DNA of 35,235 bases from an uncultured bacterium. GTDB lineage: Bacteria > Gemmatimonadota > Gemmatimonadetes > JACCXV01 > JAHWKZ01. The notes under the pieces are model-generated. The model did no database searches. It worked only from the letters and a program-made list of their open reading frames with translations, and had not been told where the DNA came from. Position 1 is the first letter of the stretch, and every line of letters begins with the position of its first letter. The stretch spans positions 1 through 35,235 of the forward strand of contig CBDUCI010000003.1 in assembly GCA_965365605.1 (NCBI GenBank), written 5' to 3'. Shown here piece by piece: positions 17,097 to 25,999 of this stretch. A program made the position numbers and the translations under genes.

Positions 17097-18839
17097 TCAG
17101 GCCTCTTCCAATGCCGCTTCCAACTGTTGCCGGCGGTACAGCTCTGCGTACTGACCGCCAGCTGCCAGGAGCTCATCGTGGGTGCCGCTCTCGGCGATGC
17201 GACCGTACTCCAGAACGACGATCCGGTCGGCGAATCTCAGCGTCGACACCCGGTGACTGATGAGCAGGGTCGTCCGGTTGTTCATGAACGTTTCGAGCCG
17301 GCTCAAGATCCGCTCCTCCGTTTCCGTGTCGACCGAAGAGAAAGCGTCGTCCAACAGTAGAATCGTGGGTTCTGTCAGCAGCGCTCGAGCCAGCGCCGCG
17401 CGTTGCTTTTGTCCCCCCGAGAGCGTAATCCCACGCTCTCCGACTACGGTCTCGTACCGATCTGGGAACGTCTCCACTTCGTTGCCCAAGCCGCTGATCG
17501 AGGTCGCCGCTTCGAGCGACAGCTCGCCGTCGGGCGTGCGGCCAAACTCCAGGTTCGCTTTCAGCGTGTCGCCAAACAGGAGTGGTTCCTGTTGAGCCAC
17601 CGCCACTGCGCGACGCAACACATCGAGCGGGTAGTCCCGAACCGGGCGGCCGTCGACCTCGATCGTGCCCGCCTGCGGTTCGTACAACCGGGTGATCAGC
17701 TTGAGAAGGGTCGTCTTGCCGCTCCCTGTCGGCCCGGTGATCCCGACCGTCGTTCCAGCGGGTATCGATAGGTTGAAGCCGTCCAAGACCGGAGGTCGAT
17801 CCGGATGATAGCGGAAAACCACGTTCGCGAGAGCGATACTTCCGGCGGTGATCCTTGCCGAAGGGTCGGCGTCCGCGTCGTCGATCGCAGGGATCGCAAG
17901 CAGAACCGCATTGAGCCGTCGCATCGCTGCGGTCGCGCGCTGAAGGAGATTGGCGATTCAACCGAAAGCGATCAGCGGCCAGCTGATCATCCCCAGGTAC
18001 ATCAAGAACGCGACCAGGTCGCCGAGCGTCATGTGTCCGGCCACGACGCGGCGGCCCCCTAGCCAGAGCAGGATCAGCAGGCTCAGGCCGAGCAGGAAAC
18101 CGAGCGCTGGGCCCAGCACCGCCCGTACTCTGGCCAGTCTGAGGTTCGCGGTGGCGTACTCCTCGCTTCGGATTGCGAAACGACCCTCTTCACTGCCCCG
18201 CAGGCCGTAGGCGCGAACCACTCTGAGGCCCGCCAGATTCTCTTGAACGGTGGTCGTCAGCGTGGCCAAGGCCGTCTGACTAACAAGGCTCAAGCGATGG
18301 ATTCGCTGGCCCATTAGCTTGACTGTCACCGAAACAAAAGGCAGCGGCAGTAGCGCGAAGAGGGTTAGCCACGGGTCGATCCAGAGCATGAACGCGATCG
18401 CCAGCGCGATTGTCGCCACGGTGTTGACGCCAAATAGAATGCCCGGTCCCAAGCTCATGCGGACGGCGCCGAGGTCGTTGGACAGGCGACTCAAAACGTC
18501 GCCCGTTGGCAAGCGATCAAAAAACGCTGGCGATTGTCGAAGCAGGTTGACGTACAGATCGTCGCGGAGATCGGTTTCGATCCTTCGCGAGGCGCCGTAC
18601 ACCAAGTGTCGTTGAGCGTACCGGAAGACGCCTTGAATCGCCGCGATGACGACGATCGCTCCGGCGTACATGGAAATCGTGGTCCAGGTGGCCTCTGCTT
18701 GAAGCGCATCGACCGCGAACTTGACCACGATCGGGCTCAGGGAACCAAACCCGGCGCTGAGGGCTATACAGATCGCCCCCCACACCAGGGATCTCCGATA
18801 CGGTCGGACGTATGGAATGAGCGAACGAAGAGGATGCAT
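17097..18839 (-). pseudogene. ABC exporter half-transporter (MdlA/YheI-like) with an in-frame TGA
   Basis: The TMD ORF and NBD ORF are in the same frame: ..SWPLIAFG*IANLLQRATAAMRRL.., stop at 17958-17960. The NBD has GPTGSGKT, LSGGQ and degenerate Walker B LDDAFS. AGGAG lies upstream of ATG 18839. A sequencing error cannot be excluded. Confidence 0.8.
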
Positions 18840-19761
18840 GCGCCGTAAGCTCCTGAAGCGGGCGGTCTGTGGCCAGCCCACCGTCGTTGCGGCGATGACG
18901 GCGGTCGCGCTCGGATGTCAGCACGAACCCGGCCGCACGATCGTCGTCGAGGCCGACTCGACAGCCATGTTCCCCGCATCGGTGGATACCATTCCGGCGG
19001 TGGCACCGCCAGCCTTCGAACCGATCGAAGAGGTCGTCATCGTCGAGCGACCGGCCTCCCCCGTCACCTTGGAAAACCTGGATCCGGAACCCGTCGATAT
19101 CTCCGAGGCGCCACGCGGGACCGAAGCCGGAGAACCCGACACCGTCGCGACGATGATCGAAGGAACACCCGATACAGCGACTCTCGATCCGGCCCTACCG
19201 GAAGGAACCCAACTCGAGCTCGAGCTCAGGACGCCGCTCCATACGGCGACCACACTCGTCGGAGACCGCTTCGCAGCCCGGCTCACCGATGACGTACGGG
19301 TGGGCGAGACGGTCGTGCTACCGGCGCACACGTTGGTCGAGGGGCGAGTCAGCCGGGTCGTGAGAGCCGATGAGGGCGACGACCAACAACCGGCGCGGGT
19401 CGAGCTCGAGTTCCGGTCGCTGATTCTGCCGTCGGGCGAACGGCGCCCTTTCAAAGCCGAGCTGGTGGATCCGGCAGCCGACGAGCTTAAAGCGGACGTT
19501 GAGAGTGATACCGGTGGCGATCGGGTGGCGGGTGGGGCCAAAGGTGCGCTCACCGGCGCGCTGCTGGGTCAGGTGCTGGGTGGCGGATCCCGGTCGGTCC
19601 TCGTTGGAGCGATCCTGGGCGGTGTGGCCGGCGCGACGCTCGTCGCGTCTGCGCCCGATCGCGAGGTGATCGTGCCCAGCGGCACACTGTTGACCGTCGT
19701 CCTGAACGTCCCGATCCGCGTATCGCTTCCCGAGATCAGCGAGCCGTCAATCGACCGATAG
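18838..19761 (+). CDS. Lipoprotein with TrbI/VirB10-like beta domain and glycine zipper
   Basis: MRRKLLKR..ALGC lipobox, Pro-rich linker, LPEGTQLELEL..GDRFAARL..VLPAHTLVEGRV, and GALTGALLG..GAILGGVAGA. Confidence 0.72.
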   Translation: MRRKLLKRAVCGQPTVVAAMTAVALGCQHEPGRTIVVEADSTAMFPASVDTIPAVAPPAFEPIEEVVIVERPASPVTLENLDPEPVDISEAPRGTEAGEPDTVATMIEGTPDTATLDPALPEGTQLELELRTPLHTATTLVGDRFAARLTDDVRVGETVVLPAHTLVEGRVSRVVRADEGDDQQPARVELEFRSLILPSGERRPFKAELVDPAADELKADVESDTGGDRVAGGAKGALTGALLGQVLGGGSRSVLVGAILGGVAGATLVASAPDREVIVPSGTLLTVVLNVPIRVSLPEISEPSIDR

Positions 19762-19774
19762 CGCAAGGAGAGCG

Positions 19775-21487
19775 CTAGAACCCCGCTGCTTCGCCCCCGC
19801 CTCGGAGGTCGCTCCGGCCGTACAGGAGGCCAGTTTCGACGCCCAGCTCGATCCCCTGAGCACGACCCCAGTAGCCGCGTCTCGTCTCCACGCGATGTCC
19901 CATCGACTCGAGCTGACTCACGGTATCTTCCGAGAGGGTCCACGGCTCGGCGCGAATCTTGTTCGGCAAGTGTTGGTGATGGAACCGTCCGCCGTCGAGC
20001 GCTTCGGCGAGCGTCATGCCGTAATCGATCACACCGATCAAGATCTGTGCGACGGTCGTGATGATCGTCGAACCGCCGGGGGAGCCGACAATGAATCTCG
20101 GGTTTCCGTTCTGTACGACGATCGTCGGGGTCATCGCCGATAGCGGTCGTTTGCCGGGCTGGATGGCGTTTGATCTTCCCTGAACGAGCCCGTACGCGTT
20201 TGGCACACCGGGCTTCACGGTCAGATCGTCCATCTCGTTGTTGAGAAAGAAGCCGGCAACCGTTTCCAACGATCCGAAAGAGCCATTGATGGTGGTTGTG
20301 GATGCGACTGCGTTGCCCATCGGATCGACGATCGAAAAATGGGTCGTCTCGGTGCTCTCCACCGTGGTGTGCGCCGATGGTGCGCTGAGCTCGGGTCGGA
20401 TATCGGTGGACGATGTGGCGTGCAACGTGTCGATTGTTGCCGCGAGATCGCGGGCGTACGACTCGGTCAAGATCGATTCTGGGATTTCGACAAAGTCAGG
20501 ATCACCAAGCAACGCGTTGCGCTCACCGAACGCGCGTCGCATCGCCTCGACGATGCGGTGAACTGAGCGCGCACCGTGGTAGGGATAGTCACCGAGCTCG
20601 ATCGTTTCGAGTTGTTCGAGGATGAGCTTGAGCGTGATCCCGCCCGAAGATGGCGGACCCATGCTGTGAACGGTGTAGCCGCGGTAATCGAATGTGATCG
20701 GAGGTCGCTCTACGGCGCGGTACCGGCGCAAGTCTTCGTGGGTGATCAAGCCTCCACGCCGCGCCATCGCGCCGACGATCGAGTCGGCGATCTCGCCGCG
20801 GTAGAAGACGTCCGGTCCCCGAGTCGCAATCAACCGAAGGGTACGCGCGAGCTCGGGCTGGCGGAGGGTGTCTCCAACCGCCGGCAGCTGATCGGTCGGG
20901 AGAAGGATCGCAGCGGCGCCGGGGAAGCGTCGGATGTCGTCGATCTTGCCGGCTATCAATCGACGCGAGTACGGGTCGACGGGAAAGCCTCGTTCGGCCA
21001 ATTCGACCGCTGGCTCGAGAAGATCCGCCCACGGCATCGACGCATGGCGTTCGTGAACGAGCTTCATTCCGGCGACGGACCCGGGTGTGGCTGCGGCGAG
21101 CGCGCCAAACCACGACGGACGGTCGGGTCTCACTTCCCCAAACTCGTCCAGGTACATATCCTCGCTCGCGGCCAACGGGGCGGTTTCCCGGTAATCGTAT
21201 GTGTGGACCGCGCCATCCGACGTTCGAACGACGAGAAACCCGCCGCCGCCGAGATTACCGGCCGATGGCAGAGCGACGGCGAGCGCGAAGTGGACTGCGA
21301 TCGCCGCGTCAACGGCATTTCCACCGCGGCGCAGGATTTCAATGCCGACGCGTGTCGCCTCACTCTTGGCGCTCACAACCATCGCGCTGTCGGCGACGAC
21401 CGGCGACCACCACCGCGGTTGCTGGGCCAGGGCTTTCGAACCGGTCAGCGACGCGACCAGCAATCCGAGCGCCATCAGATTACGCAT
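19775..21487 (-). CDS. ggt: Gamma-glutamyltransferase
   Basis: GGNAVDAAIA, LGGGGF, DYRETAP, PPSSGG, autoprocessing ETTHFS, LNNEMDD, PGKRPLSAMTP and GSPGG. Signal peptide present. Confidence 0.97.
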   Translation of the reverse strand: MRNLMALGLLVASLTGSKALAQQPRWWSPVVADSAMVVSAKSEATRVGIEILRRGGNAVDAAIAVHFALAVALPSAGNLGGGGFLVVRTSDGAVHTYDYRETAPLAASEDMYLDEFGEVRPDRPSWFGALAAATPGSVAGMKLVHERHASMPWADLLEPAVELAERGFPVDPYSRRLIAGKIDDIRRFPGAAAILLPTDQLPAVGDTLRQPELARTLRLIATRGPDVFYRGEIADSIVGAMARRGGLITHEDLRRYRAVERPPITFDYRGYTVHSMGPPSSGGITLKLILEQLETIELGDYPYHGARSVHRIVEAMRRAFGERNALLGDPDFVEIPESILTESYARDLAATIDTLHATSSTDIRPELSAPSAHTTVESTETTHFSIVDPMGNAVASTTTINGSFGSLETVAGFFLNNEMDDLTVKPGVPNAYGLVQGRSNAIQPGKRPLSAMTPTIVVQNGNPRFIVGSPGGSTIITTVAQILIGVIDYGMTLAEALDGGRFHHQHLPNKIRAEPWTLSEDTVSQLESMGHRVETRRGYWGRAQGIELGVETGLLYGRSDLRGGGEAAGF

Positions 21488-21517
21488 GGCACGAATATAT
21501 CATTACCTTCTGCAAAG
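21488..21517. promoter_or_regulatory. 30-bp bidirectional promoter with overlapping -10 elements
   Basis: Minus strand TG-a-TATATT lies 6 nt before the ggt ATG. Plus strand TATCAT (21498-21503) lies 14 nt before the nfeD ATG. AT-rich island in GC-rich DNA. Confidence 0.6.
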
Positions 21518-22909
21518 ATGAGTTCGGCCTCGAAAACCCTCTTCGGAGCGCTCGCGGCGCTCGTTGCGTTGTGGATTGCGACCCCGGTGGCAGCCCAGGA
21601 TTCGACAGCGGCAGAGTCGGATACGATGGCCTCTGAACCCGACCGTGGGTTCGTCTACCGGGTCGAGATCGACGGCGCCATTCAGCCTGCATCGGCCGAG
21701 TTTCTGGTCGACGCTATCGCCAAGGCGGGGGACGAGCGCGCCGACGCGTTGATCATCGAGCTCGACACGCCCGGCGGTCTGGTCGATTCGACGCGCGACA
21801 TCATCCAGGCGATGTTGGCCAGCCGAGTTCCGGTGGTTGTTTACGTCTCACCTGGTGGGGCGCGCGCCGGGTCGGCCGGGGTCTTTATCACGCTCGCTGC
21901 GCACGTGGCAGCGATGGCACCGGGCACCAACATCGGCGCGGCGACGCCGATCAATATCGGTGGCGGCGATTTCTCACCGGGTGGACCGGCGCCGGCAGAC
22001 TCTGTGGCCGAGGAGCAGACCGAGGGCCAGAGCGATCTGGAGCGCAAGATCTTGAACGACACAGTGGCGTTCATCCGGACGATTGCCGAGAAACGGGGTC
22101 GCAACGCCGACTGGGCCGAGCGCGCGGTGCGCGAGGCCGATGCGATAACCGAGACCGAGGCACTCGAACTAGACGTCATCGATCTGGTGGTACCAAACCT
22201 TGCCAAGCTGCTGGATGAGATCGACGGCCGCGAGGTCGAAGTGCTGGATCGCACCGTCACGCTCGCCACCGCCCAGGCCGAGATTCGGGACATCCCGAAA
22301 GGCTTGAGGTTTCGAATTCTGGACGCGATAGCCAATCCCAACATCGCGTTTATCCTGATGTTGATCGGCATCTACGGCATTTTCTTCGAGCTCATGAATC
22401 CGGGCGCGATCTTGCCTGGCGTGGCGGGGGTGATCTCCCTGCTACTGGCGTTCTTCGCCCTCCAGGCGCTGCCAGTGAACTACGTCGGTGTGTTGCTGCT
22501 CTTGTTCTCGCTGGTCTTGTTCATCGCTGAAGTGAAGATCGTGAGTTACGGGCTGCTTAGCGTCAGTGGCATCATCGCGTTCGTACTCGGGGCCACGATG
22601 TTGTTCGACGCGCCGGGATCGTTCTTCCGGGTCAGCTGGAGCGTGATCGTGCCGGCCGTCGTCGTGACGGCTGCGTTCTTCGTGATCGCGCTAGGGCTGG
22701 CCTACCGTACGTGGCGGACGCAACCGACGACTGGTCGCGAGGGGTTGGTCGGCGAGCGCGGTGTGGTACGCAAGGGAATCGACCCCGCGGGCCAGGTCCT
22801 AGTGCACGGCGAGCTGTGGAAGGCTCGGGCCGATGAAACGATCGAGCCTGGTGCCGAGGTCGAAGTCACCGCCGTCGACGGATTGACCGTTCACGTCAAG
22901 CGGACGTAG
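21518..22909 (+). CDS. nfeD: NfeD membrane-bound serine protease (ClpP class)
   Basis: Signal peptide, LDTPGG, ARAGSAG, MAPGTNIGAATP, TM bundle and C-terminal OB fold GQVLVHGELWKA. The real start is ATG 21518, not 20576. Confidence 0.93.
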   Translation: MSSASKTLFGALAALVALWIATPVAAQDSTAAESDTMASEPDRGFVYRVEIDGAIQPASAEFLVDAIAKAGDERADALIIELDTPGGLVDSTRDIIQAMLASRVPVVVYVSPGGARAGSAGVFITLAAHVAAMAPGTNIGAATPINIGGGDFSPGGPAPADSVAEEQTEGQSDLERKILNDTVAFIRTIAEKRGRNADWAERAVREADAITETEALELDVIDLVVPNLAKLLDEIDGREVEVLDRTVTLATAQAEIRDIPKGLRFRILDAIANPNIAFILMLIGIYGIFFELMNPGAILPGVAGVISLLLAFFALQALPVNYVGVLLLLFSLVLFIAEVKIVSYGLLSVSGIIAFVLGATMLFDAPGSFFRVSWSVIVPAVVVTAAFFVIALGLAYRTWRTQPTTGREGLVGERGVVRKGIDPAGQVLVHGELWKARADETIEPGAEVEVTAVDGLTVHVKRT

Positions 22910-22922
22910 CCGCGACCAACCG

Positions 22923-23525
22923 ATGGCCGATCGCGATGTCGTGGCGGCGGCCAAGAGTGCGCTCAGAAGACAGATGCTCCTGGCCCGCTCGGAGCTTGAA
23001 CCGCGCTTCCGGGAAGAGTCGGGACAGGCGATCACCAAGCGGCTGGTCGAGCTCGAGGAGTACCGTCAGGCGGACACCCTCCATCTCTACATCGACGCCC
23101 TTCCCGGGGAGGTGCCGACCCACGAGCTAGCGACCCTTGCGCTGACCCAGGGCAAACGGGTCGTGGTCCCCAGGATCGTGGCCTTCAACCCGCCGGAGAT
23201 GGTCGGGCTCGAGATCAGCTCGCTGGGGGAACTGACGCTCAGCCCGGCCGGGCTCTGGGAGCCCGATCCCAGTCGAACCGATCGCGTCCCGGAGGCCGAG
23301 ATCGACCTCGTCATCGTGCCGGGTGTCGCGTTCGACCGCTCCGGGCACCGGCTCGGACTCGGGGGCGGCTTCTACGACCGCTGGCTGCCCTCGGTACAGG
23401 CCCCGCGGGCGGCGTTGGCACTCTCCTTGCAAGTCGTTGAGAGGGTTCCACATACCGGGCGCGACCAGAGGGTCGATTGGATCGTCACCGAGAACGACCT
23501 TATCGATTGTCGCGAGTCGCGATAA
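22923..23525 (+). CDS. 5-formyltetrahydrofolate cyclo-ligase
   Basis: KSALR, IDLVIVPGVAFD, GHRLGLGGGFYDR and DQRVDWIVTE. Confidence 0.95.
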   Translation: MADRDVVAAAKSALRRQMLLARSELEPRFREESGQAITKRLVELEEYRQADTLHLYIDALPGEVPTHELATLALTQGKRVVVPRIVAFNPPEMVGLEISSLGELTLSPAGLWEPDPSRTDRVPEAEIDLVIVPGVAFDRSGHRLGLGGGFYDRWLPSVQAPRAALALSLQVVERVPHTGRDQRVDWIVTENDLIDCRESR

Positions 23526-23548
23526 CCCCTCGGCAGGACCCAAAGCGA

Positions 23549-24307
23549 TTGAGCGGCATCGTTCTCACCGATCTGACCAAGTCTTATGGCGCGTTTCCCG
23601 TGCTGCGCGGGATCTCCCTCAACGTCGAGCCGGGGGAGCTGTTTGGGTTCCTGGGGCCCAACGGCGCTGGCAAGACGACGACCATCAAGATCATGACGAG
23701 CCTGCTCCTGCCCTCTGGTGGTCGGGTCGAGGTCGCGGGGTACGACGTCGTAGAGGACCCGTACGAGGTCAAACGTCGTGTCGGGTTCGTCCCCGACCGG
23801 CCCTTCCTGTACGACAAGCTGACGGGATCGGAGTTTCTGGAGTTCGTCGGGCACCTGTACGACCTGAGCCCGGCGACGGTCCGCGACCGCTCACACGACC
23901 TGATCGAGCTGTTCGATCTCGGTGAATGGATTGATGAGCTCGTCGAAGCCTATAGCCATGGAATGCGACAGAAGCTGGCGATGACCTCGGCGCTGCTGCA
24001 CGAGCCCGAGATAATCATCATCGATGAACCCACGGTGGGCCTCGATCCGCGCAGTCAGAACCGCATGAAAACCTTGTTATCAAACCTTACCGCCAAGGGC
24101 CACACGGTGTTTCTGTCGACCCACACGCTGGAGATCGCCGAAGCGCTGTGCACCCGAGTCGCGATCATCCATCGCGGAGAGATCATCGCTCGCGGAACGA
24201 TCGACGAGTTGCGCCGCGAAGCGCGTCGGGAGGAAAGCTCGCTCGAAGAGATCTTTCTGGGGCTGACCGAGGGTGGCGGGCCGGTGGGCGAGCCCACCCC
24301 GGTGTGA
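23549..24307 (+). CDS. ABC transporter ATP-binding protein
   Basis: GPNGAGKTT, YSHGMRQK, IIDEPTVGLDP and LSTH. TTG 23549 chosen as start. Confidence 0.93.
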   Translation: MSGIVLTDLTKSYGAFPVLRGISLNVEPGELFGFLGPNGAGKTTTIKIMTSLLLPSGGRVEVAGYDVVEDPYEVKRRVGFVPDRPFLYDKLTGSEFLEFVGHLYDLSPATVRDRSHDLIELFDLGEWIDELVEAYSHGMRQKLAMTSALLHEPEIIIIDEPTVGLDPRSQNRMKTLLSNLTAKGHTVFLSTHTLEIAEALCTRVAIIHRGEIIARGTIDELRREARREESSLEEIFLGLTEGGGPVGEPTPV

Positions 24308-25998
24308 CGACGCTGTTCTATCCCCGAATCGCGGGACTTAGACGCGAGCAGCGACCCGGCGGGATTCACAGGATCAGCGTACCGATCGTGCTGGGGCTCG
24401 TTTTTTGGGCCGCTTTCTACCTGGTGATGGTCCGGGTGTTGAACCACTTCACGACCGTCGACCCGGACTTGGGTCGGATCCTGGCGGCCAAGCTCCTGGC
24501 GCTCTTGTTTCTGCTGTGGCTCTCGTTTCTCGCTTTCTCGGCGCTGATTACGGCGGTGACACAAATCTTCCTGGCGCGCGATCTCCCGATGTGGCTCGCG
24601 GCGCCGATTCCCCTGCGCCGATTGTTTCGCGTCAAGCTGGTTGAGGTCGCCACACTCGCGTCGTGGACGGCCATCTTTTTGGCGATCCCGGTGTGGGTGG
24701 CGTATGGGGTCGTCTTTGCCGCCGGCTGGGCTTATTACTCCGCGTTGGTGGTAGCGGTTGGATGTTGTGTCGCGATCGCAACATCGATCGGCATGTTGGT
24801 GGCCGTGGCGTTGGTAAACCTGTTTCCCGCTCGTCGCGCGCGAGATTTGTTGTCGCTAGTCGCGCTGATGTTCATTGCGGCGATCGTCATTCTCCTGCGC
24901 GCGCTCCGCCCCGAGGAGTTCGTGCGGCCCGAGGACTTCGGGACTTGGGCCGAGTACCTGGTTTCGCTGTCGAACCCAACACTGCCGTGGCTGCCTTCCT
25001 ATTGGGCGGCTCGTGTTCTGGGTGAGGTTTTGGGGGTATACAACGCAGTGCACTGGGACGCGGTGACGCTGTACGGCTCGCTGCTGGTGGTTGGGGCGAC
25101 GGTGTCGACGCTTGCCGCAGCTGGCGTGTTTCGCGAGATGTTCCGAACCGGCTACTCGAAGTCCCAGGAAGCACGACAGGTCCAGTGGACACGCCGGTTG
25201 TGGTGGCGTCGCACGTTACAGTCGTTGGCCCGCCCGTTCCCGCGGCGCGTGCAGGCGATGATCGTCAAGGACGTCTCGACGTTTTTTCGCGACCCGGGAC
25301 AATGGTCACAGCTTTTTCTGTTGCTCGCTGTGATCGCGATCTATCTGTACAACTTCAGGGTACTTCCCCTCGATGCCGCCGGCGGGACCGGCTACTTGGT
25401 TCGAGACCTGCTGGCATTTTTGAACATCGGTTTGGTCGGCTTCGTCGTGACAGCATTGGCGGCCCGATTCATCCTCCCCGGCGTGAGCCTCGAAGGCCAG
25501 ACGCTGTGGTTACTTCAGACCAGCCCGCTGACGATCGAGGAGATGTTGTGGGCCAAGTTCTGGACTGGATTCCTGCCGCTGGTCGCGCTGGCGGAACTGT
25601 TGGTTGTATTTTCCAACGCGTTGCTCCAGACGACGTTGCTACTGAGCGTGATCTCGGTAGCAACGGTTTTGTTTTTGTCGGCGGCCATCGTAGGAATGGC
25701 CGTTGGGCTTGGAGCCTCCCATCCGCGGTTCGATGCCCCCGACAGTTCACAGGTAACAGCCGGCTACGCGGGGTTCTTGTTTATGGTCATGAGCGCATTG
25801 TTGGTGCTGGCGTCGGTTATTGTCCTCGCCTGGCCGGTCTACAATTCCTTCCGCGCCTCGTGGCTAGGCTGGGGCGTCGGTGCGGGCGAGTGGGGAGGGA
25901 TAGCAGGTGGTCTGGTGGCGGTCGGCGGAGTTTCAGCGATTGCGTTGTTCACGACGATGCAAGCCGGTAGTCGCCGGTTGGCAGGGAGAGAGCTGTAG
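24304..25998 (+). CDS. Putative ABC transporter permease
   Basis: Many TM segments, conserved-looking KDVSTFFRDPGQWSQL and SLEGQTLWLLQTSP. GTGA overlap with the ATPase gene. Confidence 0.85.
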   Translation: MTTLFYPRIAGLRREQRPGGIHRISVPIVLGLVFWAAFYLVMVRVLNHFTTVDPDLGRILAAKLLALLFLLWLSFLAFSALITAVTQIFLARDLPMWLAAPIPLRRLFRVKLVEVATLASWTAIFLAIPVWVAYGVVFAAGWAYYSALVVAVGCCVAIATSIGMLVAVALVNLFPARRARDLLSLVALMFIAAIVILLRALRPEEFVRPEDFGTWAEYLVSLSNPTLPWLPSYWAARVLGEVLGVYNAVHWDAVTLYGSLLVVGATVSTLAAAGVFREMFRTGYSKSQEARQVQWTRRLWWRRTLQSLARPFPRRVQAMIVKDVSTFFRDPGQWSQLFLLLAVIAIYLYNFRVLPLDAAGGTGYLVRDLLAFLNIGLVGFVVTALAARFILPGVSLEGQTLWLLQTSPLTIEEMLWAKFWTGFLPLVALAELLVVFSNALLQTTLLLSVISVATVLFLSAAIVGMAVGLGASHPRFDAPDSSQVTAGYAGFLFMVMSALLVLASVIVLAWPVYNSFRASWLGWGVGAGEWGGIAGGLVAVGGVSAIALFTTMQAGSRRLAGREL

Positions 25999-25999
25999 C

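Noticed and set aside
17958-17960. TGA as selenocysteine or genome-wide Trp reassignment
   Set aside because: The position is a TM Trp rather than a redox Cys, and TGA is used as a normal stop in many genes here.
20576-21517. 777-aa ORF suggesting a large N-terminal extension of NfeD
   Set aside because: The extension is the antisense shadow of ggt. A proper signal peptide begins at ATG 21518.
22910-22922. 6S RNA, often found upstream of 5-formyl-THF cyclo-ligase
   Set aside because: Only 13 bp are available.
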